A stretch of DNA of 49,703 bases, filler included. It is 13 parts of 13 records of this genome, joined end to end, with 100 filler letters (N's around TTAATTAATTAA, not from the genome) between each part and the next. Parts side by side here need not be neighbours in the genome. Positions count along the whole stretch, not along the records: positions 22,254 to 25,406 come from SRR15195285_26949; positions 25,507 to 28,781 come from SRR15195285_27483; positions 28,882 to 32,301 come from SRR15195285_27680; positions 32,402 to 36,792 come from SRR15195285_27681; 9 more parts are not named here. One strand, 5' to 3'. Under the pieces are notes generated by a model. That model made no database searches, was not told the DNA's origin, and saw only the letters and a program-made list of their open reading frames with translations. How positions within the stretch are numbered: position 1 is the stretch's first letter; each line of letters begins with the position of its first letter. Shown one piece after another: positions 22,776 through 32,693 of this stretch. A program made the position numbers and the translations under genes.

Positions 22776-24667
22776 CTACTGAGGCTCAAGCCCAAACCAG
22801 TTCACCTTGGACGTCCGTTCGACATCTCGTAGTTTCGGACGGTCACAAAGTAGTTGCCCACGACGTTGCACGCGATTGCACTCAGCTACAGCCCCGCACG
22901 CGGCGAGGAACAAAATAGCTGTGAAGAGAAGCACGACCCAGCTGAACATCTGATAGTAGTGCACTCGGTCGTTGTCGCCGAGGCTGAATGTTGTGTTGCT
23001 CGAGTTGCCACTGTTGCTCCTATAGACTACAGGAGCAACAGTGGGAACAAGGGCAGGGTCCAGAGCATCACTTGCACCCGCTTGCACGTTGGCGTCGTCG
23101 TGCTTGGAGAGCTGCGCAAACTTCTGCTTGACGATGCCTTCGACCAGGACAAACGACAGCGGAAACAGCAGCGTACCTTTGCACAACAGTCCGATCACCA
23201 GCCTGGACGATATCCGCCTATTCCACACGGTGAAGCCAACTCCTTGCGATCGGTTCAGCTCGTTGCCATACTGTAAAATACCAGTCAGACTGATCAGATC
23301 CTGTGCGCTGGAGTACACCAGGGCCGGCGACCTGTAGACGCTAGCACCCGCACCAACTGTAGTGTCGGTCTCTCCAGCCTCCACAGTGGCTTCTCCCGGT
23401 CCTCTCGGATGTTGTTTCGTATGGCACCTGTTCCGCATAACATTCTCTCAACAGGTTCAGTATGGACCAGAGACAGCCATAGTATGGTTGGATCCTACCG
23501 TAGCGATGCGATGGCGTCTACGAGTTCGTCACAAGCACTGGAGCACCTTGCCCCCACAAATAGAGGTAACGTTGCGTTGATATAGAAGCAGACGATCGCA
23601 AGATAGATCACCCACTGTGGGGCCCACACTTGCACCCATGAGCCTTCGGGGACCATGTTCCGAGGCGCCAGCACCGCACCGATCCAGAGAACGATGAAGC
23701 CGCTCGAGATGATCATATTGGCTATCATAACCGGGGTGAGCAGCGCGCTCAAGCAGAGTGTGGTTTCATGAGCAGATTGCAGGTGCGACATGGCCTGGTT
23801 CCAGTTACGCGATGAACTGCACGCCATGTGCCGAATATGTTGTGTGCTCTGCTTGATCCAGTCGCACCCGATCGCTGCGGGAACCTGCAGGTACACTAGC
23901 CAGCCAGCAAGCTGCAGCCAAGCTGGTGGCCATGACAGGCATGCGAACACCAGCGCTAGATCATTTTGTGCACTGTGCAGAGCTCGTGCCTGCCATCCCA
24001 ACACCACAATGAAATAGAGCAGGATGCCGAATGGTCCGAGCATGAGGAATGCCGCAGCGCGCGAATATCGTCTGACACGCCATGCGCACTTTGGCGTGAC
24101 CCGGGTTTGCAGTAGAGAGCCCATGAACCGATCCTTAATGAGTCGATCGGATCCGGAGACGTACGTATGGGCCATGGGATGCTCAGGACCTGACAGTGCG
24201 TGGTGGCTGCTGTCGCCGGTTATCCCGCCCGGCTCGGCGCAGTCATCGCCACTCAGCAGCGATCGATCCGCCAGCGGCTTCGGTAGAGTCTTCTCCATTA
24301 GCATCGTGATCTCCGCTGCGATCCAGCCACACGCTGGCCAGGTCATCGCCGCTAGGTATCCCAACCGGCGCCAGGCTGATGATGGCCCGATCAGAATGGG
24401 GTCGGTTGCCGCCAGCGCCAAAATGGAGCTTGCCAGCGCGCACACGACGATGGAGCTAGCCCACAGGCGCTTGCGCCAGCGTGGTGAGCTGGCCGTTGAT
24501 CCGGTGAGCAGAAAACGCAAGTGCGCCAAATCGCTTCCGGTTACCTCTAGCCCATCATCCGCAACCTCCCACGAATCAACAGTCTCTTCCGAGTGGTCTG
24601 AGGAGGCAGCTGTCGCACCGTCCGTGAGCGGTTCGCCAGGCACCACTGCCTGAGCATTGTGGCTCAT
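22776..24667 (-). CDS. Multi-pass membrane protein resembling gustatory-receptor-like / DUF3537 (7TMIC) proteins (2 exons)
   Basis: Exons 24667-23499 and 23427-22776 (intron GTAGGA..AACAG restores frame). About 7-8 hydrophobic helices; SSACDELVDAI..ILQYGNELNRSQGVGFTVWNRRISSRLVIGL. Confidence 0.7.
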
Positions 24668-25088
24668 AACTTTCGCTGCAAGCTGGCGCGAGACACCCGC
24701 CACTCAAGCTGTCAATGGAGCCAACCAGAGGGCATGCAGATCAGACCACTACATCAGTAGCAGCGGACACAGACAGCCTCCACCTGCTTGCCCTGTCCGG
24801 GACTCGGACTGCTCCACGCTGATCGACCACCAACGCCCTGCTACACGCATCATATCATCACGGACTACTACTACTAGTAGTACCACCCTGCTGACCAGCA
24901 GCGGGCAGTCGACAGTATGGGTGAGTATCTAGCTATTCGAATACGGTACTACAGTAGGAACCGTGTCTGATAGAGCGAGAGGCTCAGGATCCTCAACTTT
25001 GCGGATCAGCATCTGATTACCGGTACTCTTTACTGTAGGATCCTACGAGCTACGACTGTCGACTGTACCGGCGTGCGTACTATTCATA

Positions 25089-25116
25089 GTAAGTCATGAG
25101 GATCCTCATGACTTAC
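25089..25116. repeat. 28-bp perfect palindrome
   Basis: GTAAGTCATGAGGATCCTCATGACTTAC is its own reverse complement. Confidence 0.97.
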
Positions 25117-25406
25117 CGTACAGCTAGCTGTACACAGTGTACGCTAGTACAGCCAGCTGTTTGTAAGGGGGGATCCCTGGCCACATTTAGATTTACGCAA
25201 ATTACTGGATGCCGGTACTGGTAGCGCGAAGTCTTGGACGTGATCTTCCATTCTTCGCCGCGCCCGGGAGCAGTCAGATCCCGAGTCCGGTTCAGTACTA
25301 GCTACTAGCTAGTAGACTGAGAATCCCTGCGATTGAGAAGGGTCGCCGGAGCAGGAGGAAGAGGCACAAGAATTCTCCCTCTCGAAACGTTCCGGCGCTT
25401 CAGGTC

Positions 25407-25506
25407 NNNNNNNNNNNNNNNNNNNNNNNNNNNNNNNNNNNNNNNNNNNNTTAATTAATTAANNNNNNNNNNNNNNNNNNNNNNNNNNNNNNNNNNNNNN
25501 NNNNNN
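25407..25506. other. Artificial contig spacer
   Basis: N44-TTAATTAATTAA-N44. Confidence 0.99.
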
Positions 25507-26002
25507 GCATTACGAGCATTATGCCCGGTCAGACGTCGCGTGACGCCGGGCATAAGGCCCCGCGCCCGGTGTCAAAACCGCCACAAACGGGCCGGAGAGC
25601 TTACTACCGGTACTAGTAGTTGACCATGCAGTTGACTCGTTGGGTTGGGCCATCATCCCCGGTAAATAGCTCTATTCACAACTTGATACCTGATTCACAC
25701 CGTAATTTGCTACTAGTAATTTCAGTCGTCGCCACCGGCGGACCTGCCGCAACGCCAGGCGTTAGTCGGCAGTACAGTACCGGCACATCCCCCGCCGGGC
25801 GCGGCGGAGCTGCGGTGGTGCTGCGCTGCGGGGGCGGGCGGCACAGCGCTGTGGGGGGCTTGTTGCAGCAGGAGCGCTGTGGAGAGGGAGCGGCTCGGTG
25901 GGCATGAGGCCTTGATGGGGGCGGTGGTGCAGGCTGGGTGAGGCGGCGGCCGGGTGGCGCCGGCCGTGGTCAGGCGGGTCCCGAATCAGGATCGGGCTGC
26001 GA

Positions 26003-26317
26003 ATGGGCTGCACTGTGAGCCGAGACGTCAACCAGGAGTGGAATCGGCCGCGGAAGTCGGACAAGAGGGAGAAGAGTCCGCGACTGGTGCACTTCGCGGA
26101 GGGCACGAAAGGTGGGCCATCGGCCAAGCCCAGGCTCGCCCGTACGCAAACTGGGCTTGGCCTCGCAGAAATGGTGGCACAGGACGATGAGGAGTCAGTC
26201 GGCGAGGAGACTCTCGAGTTTGACCTGCCGGGAACGGCATCGCCACATCCAGCAGCCACAGGGGGTAACGGAACACCCCACCCGAGAGCAGAGGCGAACG
26301 CTGGAACACCCGCTTAA
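26003..26317 (+). CDS. Small disordered protein with N-terminal acylation motif and RVxF-type motif
   Basis: 104 aa; MGCTVS start; SPRLVHF; acidic tract. Confidence 0.6.
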   Translation: MGCTVSRDVNQEWNRPRKSDKREKSPRLVHFAEGTKGGPSAKPRLARTQTGLGLAEMVAQDDEESVGEETLEFDLPGTASPHPAATGGNGTPHPRAEANAGTPA

Positions 26318-26493
26318 GTCGGCAATGAGCGACGAGCTGCCCGTTTCAAGCGTGAGCCGAGGACATAACGCATTTAAAGCCACCGCTGGGTGCTAATCAT
26401 CGTGATAAGTGAAACAGAAACCATTTTCAATGGGGAATGTGCAGCGCTAGGTGTACCCGCGCTCCTTTCGCAGACTCTGCAGGGTCGACGCTT

Positions 26494-27992
26494 CTACAGC
26501 TTGGCACTCTTCGCAATGTCCGACTGCCGTGCCACCCGCATGCTGGATGGGTAGCCCGGCTGCAGCACGATGGCCTTCTCTTCCTCTGTCATGTCATCGA
26601 CCCAATCTGGGTACGTGAATTCTGCCACACCGGGCGTGTAGGCGGCGTGACCAGGGTTGAAGCGATACAGTAGCGCCCGTCTCTGGTGGTCAGCTCGCCA
26701 TGGCATCGCACCGTGGATGCACGCTTCACAGAACAGGATGGCATCGCCCTTCTTCGCGTTGACTTCCGTCACACGCTCTGCATACTTGTCTAGCGAGCAG
26801 ATCGAGCGCGGAGTGGAGAGATTCGCTTTATGCGAACCTTGGACGACAGCACAACCACCTGCAGACGGGAGCGGCACGCACACAGACGCACAGTTGCACA
26901 GTCAGAAAGAACACGATCCAGCCTGCCCACCGTGGATGCTCGAAAGCTGCTCACCGTCACCAGGTCCCTCATCCGCGAGCATGAATTCGCACACGACCAT
27001 CCCCGCAAACAGCTTCCCATCCATGTACTGATACCCTTCCAGAAAGCCCCCTTTGGAAAAGCGGTCTGCTGCGCCACCGTGCAGCTGGTGTCCGTCACAT
27101 CCCCGCTCGGACATCATCAGAGAAGGCGAGTGGTCCTGGTCGCGCCCCGCAGCCAGTGCGCGTGTGCGAGATTGCGCCAGACGTCAGGTCAGCTGCTACA
27201 CAAAGCTGTGTGGCTGTGGTGGCTGTTCGAATCGGCTTACCATCCTGTATCCGCTGCCTAGCAATGTGAGAAGGTACGGCTTCACGGCCTCGTTGACGAG
27301 CAGCCTGCGGAAGGGATCACACCACGGATGTTCCCACTGCAGCATTCCACCGAGATCTGTGCGCCCAACTCCCATCCGGATCTCCCCAGCGTCATTCGGG
27401 TCTGCCACTTCCATCGCCGCTGCCTGTTCGGTGTCGCTCAGCGCAACTCCGCCGAGTGTGATGACTGCGAGTGCTGCGGCCAGGGCATCGGCATCGGCGA
27501 CCTTCGCGCGCCCTTTGGTATCACGCTCGGCGTTCTGTGGAGGAAACCCTGCGCCCTTCAACTGCTCCAGCACTTCGCCCGCGCTGATCGCCTCGATGCC
27601 ACGGAGCTGACTCAGGCGGGTGGCGATCTTCACGTTGACGTTGCTTTCACCCATCATGGCCGGGGCGTTCGGGGCCATGGAAGCATGAGCCTGAGGCTGC
27701 ACGATGGGCAAGTAATGGTCGATCGCGGCGTTCAGCTCGTCAACCTCTTCCTCGGACAACACATTCTTGATGACAGTGAACCCGCATAGGTCGAAGACCT
27801 GCGTGTCGTGCGGTGCACGATCCAGTGGCGGCCAGCCATCAGCGGTGCGCAGCGAGCGAGTGACGGACAAGCTGTCGGCAGCACGCAAGAGCGGCCGATA
27901 AGCGTCGCGTTTCTCACAAATCGCTCCTCCTCGCTGATCAATGCCGTCTTTACCTCCGCCTCCGAACGTCCCAGCGAAGCGTTGTAGGCCAT
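26494..27992 (-). CDS. PhyH-family Fe(II)/2-oxoglutarate dioxygenase (4 exons)
   Basis: Exons 27992-27918, 27798-27241, 27135-26955, 26858-26494. EEERF|VFDLCGFTVIKNVLS, QLHGG, GPGDGGCAVVQGSHKAN, KKGDAILFCEACIHGAMPW, RRALLYRF. C-terminal AKL is PTS1-like. Confidence 0.9.
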
Positions 27993-28134
27993 ACGATATT
28001 GCAACCCCGCCCCGCGCCGACGTCGGCGCCGGTGCGTGCACTGACCGTCTCCGTCACCGCGCGGGGCGAGCGTAGCGCGGCACTCAGGCAGTACCCAGAT
28101 TGAGGGTATGGGTGGTGAAATTCCCATGGAGTTC

Positions 28135-28330
28135 CGACATGCTCTGGCTTCTCACACCAGCGCTTGCTGTGCACAAACTTGTCTCTGCCTGCTCCACCCT
28201 CGTACAGGTTTTTCACCAGCTTGTCCAGGCTGGTGGACAGGAACGCAAAGGAGTCCAGGAAGTGGAAGCGGCCGAACGAGAAGCCGATGAGCTTCTCTGA
28301 GTTCTGCGGAATGCCATCCAGCTTGCCACC
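28135..28330 (-). mobile_element. Relic fragment of a Polinton/Maverick-like (protein-primed family B) DNA polymerase
   Basis: KLDGIPQNSEKLIGFSFGRFHFLDSFAFLSTSLDKLVKNL matches the IP.N.EK.I.F....F.DS..F+..SLD.LV.NL signature. Only about 65 codons survive. Confidence 0.75.
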
Positions 28331-28781
28331 TATCCGTCCGATCGTACTGCGCGTCTGGACGGGGCGAACCAAGTCTGGAAAAAGAATTTCATTTCATCTT
28401 TAATGAACTAAGTCTTTAGCAGTAGTACCGAAAAAAGATGAGATTGATATACTCTACCATATTGGACTTGATAATGTCGTTATGCAACAGGGTAGAGGTC
28501 CTAGTCCCAATGGGGATCTTCAATTCCTTCATCATCTGCAGCAAGTCTGCCCTCTGGCACATCAGCAAGAATTGCTTGTCGTTCATCTTCGCGTCTGCCT
28601 CGTTGTATGGTATTGCTAGGTCCGCAACGTAATCCGCGACCTGTTCCTCTGTTAGCTGCTCTAGGCTCACTAGTTTGTCCAACGCACACGGATCACGCGT
28701 TAGGTGGCAGCCAGTGCGTTCGAAGTAGACCCAGCAGCATCCCACCTACCGCCCAGCAGCATACCACGCCCAGCACCGCAG

Positions 28782-28881
28782 NNNNNNNNNNNNNNNNNNN
28801 NNNNNNNNNNNNNNNNNNNNNNNNNTTAATTAATTAANNNNNNNNNNNNNNNNNNNNNNNNNNNNNNNNNNNNNNNNNNNN
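28782..28881. other. Artificial contig spacer
   Basis: N44-TTAATTAATTAA-N44. Confidence 0.99.
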
Positions 28882-28958
28882 CTGCCGCGGGTAAGTACTC
28901 GTAGAGCTGTGCGGTGAGTAGTCCCGGTCTCCTAGGTGTAAGCGGCGGTCCAGCGCCC

Positions 28959-31900
28959 ATGACGACGACCAACATCAACACGACGGCCAATATCAGCACG
29001 TGGGACTCGACCACGACAGCTGAGTGGGTGGCCGAGCAGCTGGGGCTGTCCGACGATGTGGCGGCGGCGGCCACGGCGCAGTTCACGGCGCACGACATCG
29101 AAGGCGATGGGCTGCTGGGCAACATGCGTCGCGTCGAGAAGGTGCTCGCACAGCAGCTGCTGGTGGGTGATGGCGCGGGGGATGCCGTCGCCGCGTTATG
29201 CGAGGCACGCGACGCGATGCACTCGTCGGCTGTGACACCGCGGCGGCCGCATGATGCGGCCCAGGACTGGGCGCGGACCCTAGCTAGCCCGGAGGAGGCC
29301 GAGGTCCGAGCGGCGCTGCAGGCTGCTGTGGAGCAGTGGAGAGCTGGGCGCTGGGTGCTGTCCAAGCAGCTCGGGCGCGGTGGCAGCGGGGTGGTGTTCG
29401 CAGCGGAGGATACGCGGCTCGGAAAGGTCGCCATCAAGTTCACGCACTGCGCGGAGCGCGGCAAGCTCGAGCGCGAGGCGGCGTTGATGCAGCGCGTCTC
29501 GCATCAGCATGTGTGCCGGATGTTCGAACACACGATGCTAGACTCGCTGCACGCTATGGTGCTGGAGCTGCTGACGAAAGGCACTCTGGAGGAGCTGAGA
29601 AAGCGCTCAGCGGGCGCGCGGATCCGCGAGTTCGAGTGCGTGCGCATGGCGTCGCACGTCCTTTCTGCACTCGGCTTCATGCACGGCCGTGGTGTAATCC
29701 ACCGCGACATCAAGCCAAGTAACATCATGCTGACGGACGGCGAGGAGGACCACTTGGTGTTCAAGCTCATCGACCTGTCCGTCTCCGCGATCGAGCAGAC
29801 TGCGCAGGGTCATGTCTCCGACACGCTGGCCACGAACACCACGGGACTGCAGGCGCAGGTCGGCACGCCGCACTTCATGTCCCCCGAGCAAATCACTGCA
29901 AGCGTTGCCGTTACACCGCAGACAGATCTATGGAGCCTCGGGGTCGTTCTGTTTGAGTGCCTCAGCGGTGTCAAGCCGTTCGCGCCGGCTACATCCGATC
30001 AGCTTTCGATCGCTTACGCTGTGGTCAACACAGAGGCACCGATGCTCCCGGACATCATCGCAGAAGTAGGAACTGTCAGCGACAAGATGGCGGCATTCGT
30101 CTCGCGCAGTTTGCAGAAGGATCGATCGGCACGATTCAAAGATGCTGTGGAGATGTCAGCAGCTCTGGAGGAAACTCTCTCTGCAGGCGAAGACGATAGC
30201 TTCGCCCTGTTCATCAGCTACCGTGTATGGTGTGACAAGGAGTTCGCACAAGCACTTTACAAAGCGACGTCAGCGACGCAGCTACGTGAGGGTCCAGAAA
30301 ATCGCATGAAAGTTTATCTGGATAAGGTACGGCTGCTGGATGGCCAGAGATTTGACGTCGGGTTCATCAAAGGCCTCGCATCATCGACTTGCTTCACGCC
30401 GTTGATGTCACAGGATTGCATGAAGAGCTTTGCTGTCCTCGAGCAGACTGACAAGGCAGACTTTGTCCTCATGGAGTGGATCGTGGCTATCGAGCTCCAC
30501 AAATGCGGTGTTGTCAAGTCGATCTTCCCCATTGTGATGGGCCAGCAAGCAGACGATGGAAAATTCGAGCAGTTCTTCTTTGAGAAGCTGCTGCAGGGAG
30601 AGGTCGACGGCAAGCCTCTGCCAGATATGGTCTCGAAGAAGACGACGGAGAAGGCACGCGAATTTCTTAGCATGTTGGACCCGCCAGTGGAGTTATCTCA
30701 GGAGCTGACGGTCAAGCAGGTTGTTGAGACCATCTTAACGTTCCAAGCAGTCCTTTTGCACTTCGAGAACGACGCCATTGATCAACAGACGGGCCTCACC
30801 AGGCAGGGATCTGTGTCAATGCGGACCTCTCACGGCATGGATAACCAAGATGTGGCGCAGAAGCATGTGATTTCTGTCTGTGCAGAAAGGATCGCAAAGG
30901 TCGTCAAGTCCTTTCAGCCGCCCACGATCTACACAACACCCGACGAAGAAGGATTCACGGTGGCTCTGGACGTTCCGGAGTATGATCCTCCGCACGGTAT
31001 GGTGGCGGAGCAAATCAAGGAGGCACAGGACCTTCGCACGAGAAAGATTCGGCAATACAAGGGATTCTGCTGCGCGTTGTTGTGTGCCGTTTGTATGGCA
31101 CTTGCTCTTCTGCTCATGCCGACAACGGTAGAACCACCCGAGCAGTGCGATCCAGTGACGATCACGCACACTACCGATACCACCTGCCAGGTCCCTGTGC
31201 CTGGCTTTGACGGCTTCTACGAGAGCTACACGGTTAGCGGCTGCTCCGATCCAGCGCACTGCGGCGTCTACAAGCGTGTGTCAGCGCACTGCACCACTCA
31301 GTCTGATTGGTGCCCGGGTGGGCGATTCTCGAGAGGCAAAACTAACTCGACCCTATGCGATGGCGCGCCCGTCTACCAGCGTGCGGGCTACGTCTTCGAC
31401 GGAACTACGAAGCTGGTGATCTTCCCGACTGATCATGGGATCCCACCCAATTGGTTGAACCTTGACAACCTTGAGGACCAGGCCAATGCTGCCAAGGCAC
31501 TCATGTCCGGGAATTGTCCGGCCATCGAAAACATGGAGTCGATGACACCTGACCCAGCTGGCTCCTGCTTCGAACTGCGCACCTCCGACACCTGTGACCG
31601 CAATCTTGAGTGTACCTATATCATCGTCACGGCCGGACTTTCTGGCATCGCAGTGTATGCTCAGCACGCGCCGTCTGAGTTCGAGCGCGATTCTCACTAC
31701 TTCTACGACTCGTCCTGCGGCGACTCGTCCTGCGATATTGAGCCCCTCACAGAGCACAAATACGAATCAGACACACTTCATGGGTTCGAGTGGGCCGGCG
31801 TATTCGCAGTCACGCAGAACTCGTCCACCTGGTTGATGCAGGCACACGACGACGGGAACTGGGGCTACACAGGGCCTGTGCTGTTCCGGGTTTACTACAG

Positions 31901-32301
31901 CGGCGAAGGTGGCAACACGCAGTGGCGCGTGGGGTCCAGTGACGCCCTCGCGGTCTGCGCCGAGAGCGAAAGCATTTACCTCCAGTCGCAATCGACCCCG
32001 GGTCCAGGTTACGCGCCCACGGCACCGAGCTACAGCGCTGGTGGTGGGTGGGAAGACGATGCTGGTGAATGCTATATCAATTGCAACATCAGCGTGACCT
32101 CAGAGTGCAGTCAGAAGGTGAACGCGCACACCACGAGCGGAACCGTCCACTGCCGCGGCGAGACCGGTGATGTATGCCTGTACTCCTGCGCGGTGGGCTA
32201 CGAAGACTCGGGCGGTGGGAGCGTGATGTGTGGTACCGACAGGAAGTTCACGGACGGTGGGTGCAGCGCCAAGCCCTGCGATCCGCTGACGATCCCACAC
32301 A
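28959..32301 (+). CDS. SAM-like + Ser/Thr kinase + TIR + TM + Cys-rich ectodomain receptor-like protein; 3' partial
   Basis: ISTWDSTTTAEWVAEQLGL..F..HDIEGDGLL (SAM-like). LGRGGSGVVF, VAIK, HRDIKPSN, DLS, GTPHFMSPEQ, DLWSLG (kinase). LFISYR..VYLD..DFVLMEW (TIR). TM at about 31065-31118. Sushi/EGF-like Cys pattern at the end. No introns. Confidence 0.9.
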
Positions 32302-32401
32302 NNNNNNNNNNNNNNNNNNNNNNNNNNNNNNNNNNNNNNNNNNNNTTAATTAATTAANNNNNNNNNNNNNNNNNNNNNNNNNNNNNNNNNNNNNNNNNNN
32401 N
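32302..32401. other. Artificial contig spacer
   Basis: N44-TTAATTAATTAA-N44. Confidence 0.99.
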
Positions 32402-32600
32402 GAGGAGGAGGAGGGGGAGGAGGAGGAGGAGAGGGCGGAGGCGAGGAGGGGGAGGGGCTTTGGCTGCGGGGAGTTGTGTGGCTTTCTGGCTTTTGATCTT
32501 GCTCAGGGGGACGTGGATGTCTGTGTCAATGGGTGGGGTCTTTAAGGCTTTCTCTGTAACTCTGTCTCTCTGTCCGTCTGTCTCTCTGTCCGTCTGTCTC
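32402..32600. repeat. Low-complexity (GAG)n and CTGT/CT tracts, probably intronic
   Basis: gaggaggaggag.. at the contig start; tctgtctctctgtccgtctg repeats at about 32551-32600. Confidence 0.75.
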
Positions 32601-32693
32601 GCTGTGCCCACAGGAGCTGTATAGACTAATCATTGAGGCCCCTTGTGCTAACTGCCCACTCGCTTGTTTGTTTGTGCGCGTGCGGGACTGCAG

